Shown here one piece after another: positions 13,532 to 23,628 of a stretch of 44,377 nucleotides of DNA (positions within the stretch are counted from its first letter, which is position 1; every line of letters begins with the position of its first letter). The DNA comes from Archaeoglobaceae archaeon. Lineage in GTDB: Archaea > Halobacteriota > Archaeoglobi > Archaeoglobales > Archaeoglobaceae. Below the pieces are notes generated by a model, which made no database searches, was not told the origin of the DNA, and saw only the letters and a program-made list of their open reading frames with translations. The translations under genes were made by a program, and so were the position numbers. The DNA is taken from contig JAWAQR010000010.1 of NCBI GenBank assembly GCA_038893835.1, positions 1 to 44,377 on the forward strand. Reading direction: 5' to 3'.

Positions 13532-14769
13532 ACTTTCTCCCATTCCTTGTACCAATCCATCGCATCTTTTTCACAATCTCTGTCTTTTGAAGGTAAACCC
13601 ATGAGCTTGTAGATTTCATGCTGTATCAGCACTTTCATTATTTCATTGCTCCCAGTCCATATTGGAGCCAATCTCGCATCTCTGAGCATCCTTTCTATTG
13701 GATAAACCTGAGTGTATCCAATACCGCCAAGAATCTGCATAGCCTTGTTTACAACATCCCATAGAACGTCAGTAGCAAAAAGCTTTGCTTCACTGACAAG
13801 TCTACGAGGATCTTGGGGGAATTTGCCCTTATCATATAAATCCACCGCCCTTGCGGCGTTATAAACTAGCGCTCTTGCAGCATCGATGAGAGTCACAGCC
13901 TCGGCTACCATGAAACTAACTCCCTGAAATTCTCTAATCTTTCTCCCAAAAGCTTTTCTTTTGTCGGAATATTTGATTGCAATCTCAATTGCAGCCCTAG
14001 CACTTCCAATTGCTCCCGCAGCTGAAGTTAGTCTTTCAGGAATCATCATCCTATTGAATATTTCTCTCGCTCCATTTACTTCGCCAAGAACGTATTCTTT
14101 GGGAACTTCCAAATTTCTGAAAACGATTCTCGCCGTTCCCATGCCCCTAAAGCCAAGTAAATTGTAGACCTCTTCAACCTCAACTCCCATGTCTCTTTCA
14201 ACTATAAAAGCTGTCAAGGCCTTGTGGCTGGGTGCATTTGGATCCGTTCTTGCATAGATTATGTAGAAATCTGCAACTTTCCCTCCAGCTATGAATCGCT
14301 TCGATCCATTTAAAACCCACACATCCCCTTTTCTCTCAGCTTTGGTTGTTGTTCCAAAGAAATCACTCCCTCCTCTTGGCTCAGTTAAACCCTCTGCGGA
14401 TATCTTTTTACCCTTTATTATTGGTTTCAAAAATTCCTCTTTTTGCCATTCGTTACCAAAACGATACAAAGCCTCACCAACGATGCTCACCATGGAATAA
14501 GCGCAACCCAACCCCATTCCGAGAACCCCTATTTCTTCGAGCGCAACACTTTCAGCGCTCCAAGTAAGCCCACGACCTCCATATTCTTCAGGAAATCTCA
14601 GACCTAGTAGATTTCTTTCTGCACATGCTTTTACGAACTCAAATGGGTAATCTATTTCATTTCTGTCCATTTTTCTTAAAAGTTCTGGATCTACGGTTGC
14701 AACGAACTCCTTGACTTCCTCTCTCAATCTTGCCTCTTCTTCAGTCATCAGGCAATTGTTCTCGATCAT
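13522..14769 (-). CDS. Acyl-CoA dehydrogenase
   Basis: [38 protein letters not shown]. Confidence 0.93.
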   Translation of the reverse strand: MIENNCLMTEEEARLREEVKEFVATVDPELLRKMDRNEIDYPFEFVKACAERNLLGLRFPEEYGGRGLTWSAESVALEEIGVLGMGLGCAYSMVSIVGEALYRFGNEWQKEEFLKPIIKGKKISAEGLTEPRGGSDFFGTTTKAERKGDVWVLNGSKRFIAGGKVADFYIIYARTDPNAPSHKALTAFIVERDMGVEVEEVYNLLGFRGMGTARIVFRNLEVPKEYVLGEVNGAREIFNRMMIPERLTSAAGAIGSARAAIEIAIKYSDKRKAFGRKIREFQGVSFMVAEAVTLIDAARALVYNAARAVDLYDKGKFPQDPRRLVSEAKLFATDVLWDVVNKAMQILGGIGYTQVYPIERMLRDARLAPIWTGSNEIMKVLIQHEIYKLMGLPSKDRDCEKDAMDWYKEWEKVYE

Positions 14770-14932
14770 TATATCACCAAAAGGACGTGTTTTTCACAAT
14801 ATTAAAGCATATCTAAAAATTTCATCATTATGATCTTTTGGATTCGTTTCGATGAGTGGCTTTGAGTTCAAAGGTCTTTCAGCTTCTTTGAGAGTTAAGT
14901 AAATTTTTTAAATTTTTTAATTCTCACTTTTT

Positions 14933-16150
14933 GTGTTATTCGGTGCATTGTTTGGAACTTTGCTTGGAATATTTGCAGGTTTAATTCCAGGCTTGCACAG
15001 CAATACGTTTGCAGCGATAATAGTGGCAAATTTCTCGATTTTATCCCAATTTCTCCCACCAGAAGATGTATGTGCAATGGTAATTACCTCAGCAATAGCC
15101 TATACGATCACGAACATAATCCCGACAATTTTCATAGGCATTCCAAGCGAGGACACAGCTATTGCTGTGCTTCCAACTCATGAAATGGTTTTAGAAGGGA
15201 GAGGTTTTTCTGCTCTGAGCATTTCTTGCATTTCATCTTTTCTCGCCATTCTTTTTTGCTTACCTCTATTCACGACTGCGATCTTCGTGGGATATAACTA
15301 CTTTTTCTTTAAAATGATAACCCCCTATGTGCTCCTTTTCATAGCCCTCCTTCTTGTCATGAGTGAAAAAGGTGAAGAATTCGAAGGTAGCCTTTCTGCT
15401 TGGCGAAAGAGATTATATGCTCTTCTAGTTTTCCTATCATCTGGTTTTTTGGGTCAAGTTGCTCTTTCAAACTCAAAACTGGCTGAAATTAGCGTAGCTG
15501 GAAATGTTCTACTCCCACTACTTACAGGTCTATTTGGTGCTCCAGTTTTACTTTTATCCATGGTTGAAAATGCCAAAATCCCGGAGCAAAGAATAAAAGT
15601 GGATTTTCCTGAAATTACAACGGTCCTCCGCGGGTCTCTAGCTGGCTTTTTTGTTTCAATATTTCCGGGAATAAGCAGTGGAATAGCTACCATTTTGGCA
15701 AGTCTTGGGGAAAAAAAGAAGGAGAACTACATTTCCGCACTCAGTTCTGCAAATACGGCAAATGCGATTCTCTGTCTTTTCATGCTCATAGCAGCTGGAA
15801 AAACTAGAAGTGGGGCTGCTAGTGCCTTGAAATCGATGAAGCTGATACCCGATTTTTGGACCATAGCATTTCTTTCAATCTTTTCCGGAGTTGTCGCTTT
15901 CATCGCAACAATGCTATTTGGCTATGTTTTTGCCAAAAGACTTTCAGCTTTAGACTCAAGAAAGGTATCGATATTTGTTCTCTTATTCTTATTCAGCATT
16001 GTAATGATCTTTACAGGCATCTTTGGACTCCTAATCTTCATTTCGGCAATACCAATAGGGCTGTCAACGACCTTTCTTGGCGTTAGAAGAGTGAACTGCA
16101 TGGGTTGCTTAATACTTCCGCTAATGCTTCACTATTTTGGAATCAGTTAA
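14933..16150 (+). CDS. Tripartite tricarboxylate transporter TctA-family permease (archaeal DUF112 type)
   Basis: GLIPGLHSN, IFIGIPSEDT..LPTH, RSG, many TM helices. Confidence 0.82.
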   Translation: MLFGALFGTLLGIFAGLIPGLHSNTFAAIIVANFSILSQFLPPEDVCAMVITSAIAYTITNIIPTIFIGIPSEDTAIAVLPTHEMVLEGRGFSALSISCISSFLAILFCLPLFTTAIFVGYNYFFFKMITPYVLLFIALLLVMSEKGEEFEGSLSAWRKRLYALLVFLSSGFLGQVALSNSKLAEISVAGNVLLPLLTGLFGAPVLLLSMVENAKIPEQRIKVDFPEITTVLRGSLAGFFVSIFPGISSGIATILASLGEKKKENYISALSSANTANAILCLFMLIAAGKTRSGAASALKSMKLIPDFWTIAFLSIFSGVVAFIATMLFGYVFAKRLSALDSRKVSIFVLLFLFSIVMIFTGIFGLLIFISAIPIGLSTTFLGVRRVNCMGCLILPLMLHYFGIS

Positions 16151-16179
16151 AGTTAAAAACTGGTATCCTCATCTCTTTT

Positions 16180-17451
16180 ATGCGATCTGCAGAGATAACC
16201 CCAGAAATGGACGGAAAACGAATAATCGTTGCTGGCTGGGTTCACGAGCTTAGGGATCTTGGAGGTATAGTTTTCATCGTTTTAAGGGACAGAGATGGCT
16301 TTATTCAAATAACTCTACCAAAGAAAGTCGTTAATTCGGAAGTTTTCAAAAAAGCAAAGAAGATTCAAAGAGAGAGTGTAATAAGGGTTGAAGGAATAGT
16401 TAAGAGAGAGGAAAAAGCTCCGAATGGTTTTGAGATAATTCCTGAAGTTCTGGAAGTCTTAAATGAGAGTCAAGCTCCTCTACCCTTAGAAGTAACGGAA
16501 AAAGTTCCTGCAGATCTAGATACAAGGCTCGAAAATCGCTTCATGGATTTGAGAAGACCAAAAGTTCTAGCCATTTTTAGGATAAAATCTCAGATAACTA
16601 GGAGCATCAGGGATTTTCTTTACAACGAAGGTTTCATCGAAGTTCAAACGCCAAAAATAGTATCTACAGCAACTGAAGGTGGAACAGAACTTTTTCCTGT
16701 AAGTTATTTTGAAAGGGAAGCCTTTCTAAATCAAAGCCCTCAATTGTATAAGCAGATACTCATGTCTGCTGGTTTTGAAAAAGTCTTTGAAATAGGCCCA
16801 ATATTCAGGGCAGAAGAGCACAATACGACGAGACATTTGAACGAGGCAACTTCTGTCGACATAGAGATGAGTTTCACGGATCATGAAGGGGTTATGAACT
16901 TGCTTGAAAGAATGATAGCAAAAGTTTATGAAGATGTGATAGAGAAGTGTGAGAAACAACTTGAAATCCTTGAATTAAGATTGGAAGTTCCTGAAGTTCC
17001 ATTTCAGAGAATAACATATACAGAGGCTCTGGAAATGCTTGATAACAGGATTCCATGGGGTGAAGACTTAGATCTTTATGCTCTGAAAACTCTTGGAAGT
17101 AAAATAGATGGTCATTTCTTTATCACAGAATGGCCGGCGAAGATAAAGCCCTTCTACGTTATGTCAGAAGATGGGAAGATTAGCAAGAGCTTCGATTTGA
17201 TGTACGGCTATTTAGAACTTGCAAGCGGAGCACAGAGAGAACATAGATATGAGAAACTGGTGGAAAACATCAAAATGAGAGATTTACAACCTGAAAGCTT
17301 CGAATTTTACTTGAAAGCCTTTCGCTATGGCATGCCTCCGCATGCTGGCTGGGGTTTGGGGCTTGAAAGACTTGTGATGGCAATGCTAAATTTGAGCAAC
17401 ATAAGAGAGGCTTCGCTCTTTCCAAGAGATAGGACAAGATTGATCCCTTGA
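16180..17451 (+). CDS. aspS: Aspartate-tRNA(Asp/Asn) ligase, non-discriminating type
   Basis: QSPQLYKQ, FRAE, PPHAGWGLGLER; GWVHE and KAPNG (His/Pro determinants of ND-AspRS); start MRSAE at 16180. Confidence 0.95.
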   Translation: MRSAEITPEMDGKRIIVAGWVHELRDLGGIVFIVLRDRDGFIQITLPKKVVNSEVFKKAKKIQRESVIRVEGIVKREEKAPNGFEIIPEVLEVLNESQAPLPLEVTEKVPADLDTRLENRFMDLRRPKVLAIFRIKSQITRSIRDFLYNEGFIEVQTPKIVSTATEGGTELFPVSYFEREAFLNQSPQLYKQILMSAGFEKVFEIGPIFRAEEHNTTRHLNEATSVDIEMSFTDHEGVMNLLERMIAKVYEDVIEKCEKQLEILELRLEVPEVPFQRITYTEALEMLDNRIPWGEDLDLYALKTLGSKIDGHFFITEWPAKIKPFYVMSEDGKISKSFDLMYGYLELASGAQREHRYEKLVENIKMRDLQPESFEFYLKAFRYGMPPHAGWGLGLERLVMAMLNLSNIREASLFPRDRTRLIP

Positions 17452-17502
17452 TTTCGAGTTGATAGAAAATAATAAGTAATTGTAAGTTGAAATTTCTTTT
17501 AA

Positions 17503-19020
17503 ATGTTCGAAAAATACGAGTTCCTAAAAGGGCTTGTGAAAGTTAGCTTGGATGAAAAGGTAAATTTTGAGAGAGTTGTTAATGAGTACTATGTTGTGGA
17601 ACCTTTTATAAAAATTGTGATAACTGAAGAGGCTGATGGTAAGCTGAAGTATCATGTTGTAGAGCCAACTTTGAGCGTTGAAGAAACTCGAGTTTTAACT
17701 TCTTTAATTTCAGATTTAAAGCGCATTTTGGCTTTACAAGATATTTCTGAAAGATTCGAAGAAAGAATTGATAGACTCATTAGGACTCTGAACAAACTGC
17801 TCAGAGAATATGGAATCGAGACCGAGGAAGATTTTTACGCGAGAATGCTCTATTACATCTTTAGAGAATTCTTCGGCTTTGGTGCGATTGAAGCTCTGAT
17901 GCTAGATCCGAACGTTGAAGATATTTCATGCGATGGTTACGAGATTCCGATATTCGTATATCACAAAGACTATGGATATTTGGAGACAAACATAAAGCTT
18001 CAAAAGCAAACTCTAGATCGAATGGTTCTTTTACTAACCCAAAAAGGAGGAAAACACATTTCAATCGCGAATCCGATCGTGGATGCAACGTTACCGGATG
18101 GTAGTAGATTGCAGGCAACATTTGGAACAGAAGTGACACCAAAGGGTTCAAGTTTTACGATAAGGAAGTTCACGATGAGACCCTTAACTCCACTTGATTT
18201 GATAAAGTCTGGAACAGTCCCTCTAGGTATAATGGCGTATCTATGGCTTGCAATCGAGTATAAGCTCTCTTTAATCGTCGTCGGTGAAACGGGTAGTGGT
18301 AAGACAACCACTTTGAACGCAATCCTTATGTTCATCCCTCCCAATGCCAAAGTCGTTTCCATTGAGGACACGAGAGAAATAAGACTTTACCACGAAAACT
18401 GGCTTGCTCAGGTAACTAGAGTGGGAATTGGAGAGAGGGAGATAGAAATGTATGATCTTCTAAAGGCTGCACTGAGGCAAAGACCAGATTACATAGTTGT
18501 TGGAGAAGTTCGTGGAAGGGAAACTTTGACTTTATTCCAGGCAATGGCCACAGGACATGCTAGCTATTCAACACTCCATGCAGGGGATATAAATCAGATG
18601 GTTTACAGATTGGAAAGCGATCCCCTTAGCGTTCCGAGGAGCATGATACAGTTTTTGGACATAGTGCTCGTTCAGACTCTATATTTTAGGCAGGGAAAGA
18701 GAATTAGAAAGGTAAAGGAAGTGAATGAAATTCTCGGAATAGATCCGGTGGATAAAAACTTATTGGTAAACCAGTTTTTAAAATGGGATCCGAAAGAAGA
18801 TCGACATGTTCAACTCAGCTCCCCGAAAAAGTTGGAAAAAATAGCTCTTCTGAGGGGGGATGACGTTTTTGAGGAGCTTGAGAGGAGAAAGATATATCTT
18901 GAGTGGATGATAAAGAAGGGTGTGAGCGATTATAGGGAGTTCACAAGTTTAATACATCTATATTACCGTAATCCAGAACTCGCTTTTTCCAGAGCTTATG
19001 ATGACACCGGAAAGGCTTAA
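17503..19020 (+). CDS. Type IV pilus/type II secretion ATPase (FlaI/VirB11 family)
   Basis: GETGSGKTT, IEDTRE, ALRQRPDYIVVGEVRG, TGH..STLHA. Confidence 0.93.
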   Translation: MFEKYEFLKGLVKVSLDEKVNFERVVNEYYVVEPFIKIVITEEADGKLKYHVVEPTLSVEETRVLTSLISDLKRILALQDISERFEERIDRLIRTLNKLLREYGIETEEDFYARMLYYIFREFFGFGAIEALMLDPNVEDISCDGYEIPIFVYHKDYGYLETNIKLQKQTLDRMVLLLTQKGGKHISIANPIVDATLPDGSRLQATFGTEVTPKGSSFTIRKFTMRPLTPLDLIKSGTVPLGIMAYLWLAIEYKLSLIVVGETGSGKTTTLNAILMFIPPNAKVVSIEDTREIRLYHENWLAQVTRVGIGEREIEMYDLLKAALRQRPDYIVVGEVRGRETLTLFQAMATGHASYSTLHAGDINQMVYRLESDPLSVPRSMIQFLDIVLVQTLYFRQGKRIRKVKEVNEILGIDPVDKNLLVNQFLKWDPKEDRHVQLSSPKKLEKIALLRGDDVFEELERRKIYLEWMIKKGVSDYREFTSLIHLYYRNPELAFSRAYDDTGKA

Positions 19021-20803
19021 GAGATATTTTAGGAAGAAGGTTGAAGAGAATCCTGCAAAATATTCGGAGATAAGTAGAGCTTTGGACAGTTCCAGGCTTA
19101 GGATAACTTTACCAGAATTGCTTGCTTCAGCTTTATTCTATGCTCTTATAGCAATGGTCATAAGCTGGATCCTTTGTTATTTAGGGTTGATATATCTAAA
19201 CAAGCTTCTCAAGCTGGAATACTTTGACTTCTGGAAGCTCCAGCTTGTAATTGCAACAGTATTTTCCATCCTTTCCTTCATCCTCGTTCGTTACTTAGTG
19301 CTTCTTTATCCCTACTACGTTTCAAGGATTAGGAGGGGGAAAATAGATTCCGCATTACCTCATGTGACGAACATGATGCTGGGAATGCTTAGAGGAAACT
19401 TATCGCTGATTGCTGCAATCAAATTCATAGCGGAAAATAAAGCCTTATTTGGAGAAATTAGCGTAGAATTTGAGAAGATAGCCGTTTTAGCAGAGATAGA
19501 TAGTTTAGAAAATGCAATGAAATTCGTTGCAGAGACAACACCATCAGAGAAATTTAGAATGTTTTTAGAGAATCTCATCGAAATTCATCGTGGCAGCGGA
19601 GATGTTGTCGGTTATTTAAAGGCAAAATCCGATCAGTTCTTTTCAGAAAAGGAAAGAAGTTACATGCTACTCATCGAATCGATGCAAGTTTTGGCTGAGA
19701 TATATCTAGCAATCTTCATCCTTACCCCACTCTTCCTTCTGATAATCTTGGTCGCCTTTAACGTCATGAGGGGAGGTTTTCTGGAATTGTACAGGATTTT
19801 CATTTTCACAATTTTACCAGTTGGATCGATAATGATTTTATGGATTGCTAGCTCATTTTTTTCAGAAAGCAGAAAGCTTGGGAAATTTGAAACGAGATTG
19901 GAGACACTTTCAGTTTCCACTTCAAAAAGAAAACCAGGTTTTAAATTCAAAAAGCTCAAAAGATTTTATAACTTGATCAAGAACTTCCTTCTGTATCCCG
20001 TAATCGAAATGCCTTATGCCATAGAATTAAAACATGTCATTTTTTACGTTTTCACTCCTGGCATGGTTTTCTTTTTGGTCTTTTTAGGGAAAATGGAGTT
20101 CGATTATCTGGTGTTTTCAACATCGATTGCAATAGGTTTACCTCTCATAGTTTTTGTTGAATACAGAGAAAGGTTGATGAGAAGGGCTGAGAGAGAACTT
20201 CCAGGCTTCTTAAAGCAACTTGCATCGCTAAATGAAGCTGGTATGAATGTAGTTGAAGCTTTGAAAAGTGTGAGCGAATCTGAATTGAGCGTCGTTGGTA
20301 GAGAGATGAAGATTGTTAAGAGATACATGGAATGGGGTGAAGTTGTTACAGAAGCCCTTTTAAAGCTTGAAAGAAGGTTGCGAAGTGCAATCTTTCAGAG
20401 AGCAATTTCGATACTTGTAAAAGCGATAGAAGCGTCTCCGAGCATTAAGGATGCACTCTATGTTGCGGCGATATTTTCAGAGCTCGAATTAGAGGTAAAA
20501 GAAAGAATTCGCGCAGCAATGAGCACGTATCTGATCATAATTTACCTTTCTTTTGGGGTTTTTCTGTATACAAGCTACGTTCTGATCAAGAACATGTTCT
20601 CCGTTCTTGCAACTGTTCAAACGAGTTTAGCAAGCTTTGATTTATTCGCATTGAAAAGCGTTTTTATGGAAACTTCTTTACTGGTGGCAATTTTCTCCGG
20701 TCTTACTGGAGGGATCATGAGTGAAGGAAGAATTGAAGCTGGTTTGAAGCACATTTTTATTATGATGGTGATAGCATATGTCTTCTTCAAGTTCATCGTT
20801 TAA
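18998..20803 (+). CDS. Type IV pilus membrane platform (TadC/FlaJ, two T2SSF domains)
   Basis: Two T2SSF-like repeats (IDSALP...TPSEKF; ERELPGFL), GLKH C-terminus; follows ATPase. Confidence 0.88.
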   Translation: MMTPERLKRYFRKKVEENPAKYSEISRALDSSRLRITLPELLASALFYALIAMVISWILCYLGLIYLNKLLKLEYFDFWKLQLVIATVFSILSFILVRYLVLLYPYYVSRIRRGKIDSALPHVTNMMLGMLRGNLSLIAAIKFIAENKALFGEISVEFEKIAVLAEIDSLENAMKFVAETTPSEKFRMFLENLIEIHRGSGDVVGYLKAKSDQFFSEKERSYMLLIESMQVLAEIYLAIFILTPLFLLIILVAFNVMRGGFLELYRIFIFTILPVGSIMILWIASSFFSESRKLGKFETRLETLSVSTSKRKPGFKFKKLKRFYNLIKNFLLYPVIEMPYAIELKHVIFYVFTPGMVFFLVFLGKMEFDYLVFSTSIAIGLPLIVFVEYRERLMRRAERELPGFLKQLASLNEAGMNVVEALKSVSESELSVVGREMKIVKRYMEWGEVVTEALLKLERRLRSAIFQRAISILVKAIEASPSIKDALYVAAIFSELELEVKERIRAAMSTYLIIIYLSFGVFLYTSYVLIKNMFSVLATVQTSLASFDLFALKSVFMETSLLVAIFSGLTGGIMSEGRIEAGLKHIFIMMVIAYVFFKFIV

Positions 20804-21200
20804 AACTAGGATTTCAGCACACTTGCTTGATGCATTCGTGGTTGAAGGAGAGAAGGTTACTGTGGAAGGATGGCTCACTTTTTACGATGAAAACGAAAAA
20901 AGCTGGAAACCACTAGATGGAATTTTGACATTTTACTTAGATGGGAGAGAAATTGGAAGTACGGAGGCACGTTATGGTCAATTTTCATACACTTTTCCAT
21001 CTCCTGTAATTGGAAAGCATAAGATAGATATAAAGTTCAAGGCGGAAGGTTATGAGATGAGTCACAAGTCTTTAAGCTTCGAAGTTGTTCCAATGGAAAA
21101 GAAAAAAAGAATCATCAGGTTTGCAAAAATAATCTTTATCCTAATCCTTCTTCTCTGCGCAACTCTTCTTCTTTCAGTATTCTTGGTTAGACTACTCTAA
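20778..21200 (+). CDS. Hypothetical beta-rich protein with C-terminal membrane anchor
   Basis: Ig-like beta-strand pattern, KKKRIIR followed by hydrophobic tail; overlaps tadC end. Confidence 0.65.
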   Translation: MSSSSSSFKTRISAHLLDAFVVEGEKVTVEGWLTFYDENEKSWKPLDGILTFYLDGREIGSTEARYGQFSYTFPSPVIGKHKIDIKFKAEGYEMSHKSLSFEVVPMEKKKRIIRFAKIIFILILLLCATLLLSVFLVRLL

Positions 21201-22362
21201 CTCTTTTAAATCTTATTGCTGGAGAAATTGTGTTCTCTATCTGCAGAACCTTGAAACAGGAACCCTCTATTTGTTTGAGAAGTTCGAAGATGTTTCCGTA
21301 GATCATAACCCCTTTCACAGCCTTATCTTTGAACTCCGCATTAATGGTTTCTAGGCTGAAATCTCCGCTGACGAAATTCGCTGTATGAGCTCCAATGAGG
21401 TTGTGGATTATTAAAGCCGAACTATCTTCAGCCTTATCATAGACTTCAACGATTACGTTACTCGGAAGCGGTATTGGTGGTGAATCTATGCTCATCCTTA
21501 GTCCATTTCCAGTTGCTCCAAACTTCTCGGCATTTTTCCAGTCTGAGTAAAATCCTATCACTTCTCCATCCACAAGAACCTTTCTTTTTGCTGCAACTCC
21601 TTCATCGTCGAAACTGTAGCTAACAAATCCTCCGGGAATTGTTGGATCATCGATTATTCTCAGCTTTCCAAGATATTTTCCCTTATAAAGAGCGCTTCTC
21701 CCCCTAGCAACATTTTCAGCAGAAAGAGATGGGTAAAGAGTGTGAGAGAAAAGTTGATGAATTGCTTGTGGCATTAAAATGACATCATAATATCCTGATT
21801 CAATTTTCTCAGATTTTGAAGCCTTTATTGCCAATTCTTCAGCATATTTTGCGGTCTCTTCTATATCAAGCTCTATCTCTCTACTCTGGGTCTGTGCAAA
21901 GCCGCTCCCCTCGCCATATACAGTTTCGATGGAGAAAAAGGAAAAACTGCCTTTTTCCCTGAGTTCTGCTCCATAGGAATTTCTCAGTTCAACATCGAAG
22001 ATTTCGTGCGTTATAACAGCATTTGCAATTTTAGCCCTTTCAACCACTCCTTTTAGCCTTTCATATTCCTCTTTAATATAATCTGGTGTCAGATTTTCAA
22101 ATCTCGGATCATAAAGTTTCTCGACTTTTGCCGGTTTTTCAAATGGGAAATTCTTAAGCTCCTCTTCAGAAATTCTGGCTAATTTCTTAGCTTCTTCCAT
22201 GGTTTTTTCCAGATCTCTTCCAGATGCAAATCCAACTTTCCCATTTTCAATAACTCTGACAGCAAAAGCCTTTTCAATCACTTTTTTAAGAACCTTGAAT
22301 TTTCCACCCTCTATTTCCGCTGAATAGCTGAAAACTTTTTGACAAAATATTTCCCAGTCCAT
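21187..22362 (-). CDS. tldE: TldE/PmbA family protein
   Basis: FDDEG, TGN, SGDFS motifs, no HExxxH. Confidence 0.88.
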   Translation of the reverse strand: MDWEIFCQKVFSYSAEIEGGKFKVLKKVIEKAFAVRVIENGKVGFASGRDLEKTMEEAKKLARISEEELKNFPFEKPAKVEKLYDPRFENLTPDYIKEEYERLKGVVERAKIANAVITHEIFDVELRNSYGAELREKGSFSFFSIETVYGEGSGFAQTQSREIELDIEETAKYAEELAIKASKSEKIESGYYDVILMPQAIHQLFSHTLYPSLSAENVARGRSALYKGKYLGKLRIIDDPTIPGGFVSYSFDDEGVAAKRKVLVDGEVIGFYSDWKNAEKFGATGNGLRMSIDSPPIPLPSNVIVEVYDKAEDSSALIIHNLIGAHTANFVSGDFSLETINAEFKDKAVKGVMIYGNIFELLKQIEGSCFKVLQIENTISPAIRFKRVRVV

Positions 22363-23628
22363 TTACTCCCCACCCACCTTTGCCCTGCATAAGACTTCTG
22401 GAGCTCCATCTGCGACGGGGACGACTTGATAAGCCTTTCCACAAAAACCAGGGTCAAATTTTATTTCCTTGCCTATCTTTAGGTCCTTGAGAATGTCGAG
22501 ATAGCCCATGAGTCCAACGTCTCTGATGATTTCAGCAATCTCACCGTTGCGGACTATGTAACCATACTGGGTGCTGAAATGGAAATAGCCTGTAGCAGGA
22601 TTTGTTTCTCCTCCTCTTGAGCCTATTAAGTATACTCCGTTTTTACAAAACTCGAGTAGTTCTTCAAAACTGTATTCTCCCGGTTCTAGGAATGTGTTGC
22701 TCATCCTGACTATTGGAAAGTCCACACCTTCACTTCTAGCATTTCCTGCAACCCCTCCAAGCTTTTTTGCAGTCTCTCTGCTATGAAGATAGCTTTTTAA
22801 AACCCCATTTTCAACCAAAACTTTCCTTTTAGCTTCAACCCCTTCATCGTCGAATGGAAAGAAGCCAAACTCTTCCAGAGTTGGATCGTCTACGATTGTA
22901 ACGTTTTCTCCAGCAATCTTATGCCCAATCTTACCACTCAGGACACTCGATCCCTGTAAAACATGATCAGCTTCAGCCGCATGTCCAAAAGCTTCGTGTA
23001 TGAAAACTCCTGCAAGCTGAGAATCCATTAGAACATTCATCTCTCCAGCAGGGGGAGATTTTGCATCTACAAGTTTTGGCAATACTTCGTTTATCTCTTC
23101 AACAAGATCAAAAACTTTTTTCAAATTCTCGAATCCTCCAACCTTCATCAACCTTTTCGACAAAAATTGGAGAGTTTTACCCTTTTCAATGGCTAAAATG
23201 GACACACCAATTCTTGGAACGAAATAGCTACTCTCACTCCCGTCTGAATCGCGATAAAAGAAATTTCTATAGTTTTCAATATAGCTTATCTTAACACTTT
23301 TAGCCCTTATGTTCTTGTATAGGTCTTTTAGCAATTCTATTTTTTCCTTCACATCCACATCCCATGCCGGGATCTTTGGCTTCAATTCATAACTCCCTCT
23401 GCTCACAACTCTCACGATTTCCGTATCAGCTCTTGAAACTAGATTCCTCCTAGCCTCTTCTAAACCTTCACGATCGCTAACGTTCCCAATAAATGCCCCC
23501 CAAAAGCCATTTTCAAGGATTCTGAAACACTTAGACTTTAAGGATACTTTCTTCGGCTTCTCAACAAGTCCATCTTCAATCGTTAGAGTAAGACTTTCAA
23601 CCTTCAGCTCTCTTATATCGTAGAACAT
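22363..23628 (-). CDS. tldD: TldD family metalloprotease
   Basis: HEAFGH, FDDEG, RMSNT, CGK. Confidence 0.92.
   Translation of the reverse strand: MFYDIRELKVESLTLTIEDGLVEKPKKVSLKSKCFRILENGFWGAFIGNVSDREGLEEARRNLVSRADTEIVRVVSRGSYELKPKIPAWDVDVKEKIELLKDLYKNIRAKSVKISYIENYRNFFYRDSDGSESSYFVPRIGVSILAIEKGKTLQFLSKRLMKVGGFENLKKVFDLVEEINEVLPKLVDAKSPPAGEMNVLMDSQLAGVFIHEAFGHAAEADHVLQGSSVLSGKIGHKIAGENVTIVDDPTLEEFGFFPFDDEGVEAKRKVLVENGVLKSYLHSRETAKKLGGVAGNARSEGVDFPIVRMSNTFLEPGEYSFEELLEFCKNGVYLIGSRGGETNPATGYFHFSTQYGYIVRNGEIAEIIRDVGLMGYLDILKDLKIGKEIKFDPGFCGKAYQVVPVADGAPEVLCRAKVGGE

Noticed and set aside
14821-14895. Possible C/D box sRNA or hairpin (CTTTGA-GT-TCAAAG; CTGA and ATGATGA on the minus strand)
   Set aside because: Boxes are in the wrong order and spacing, with no recognisable guide.
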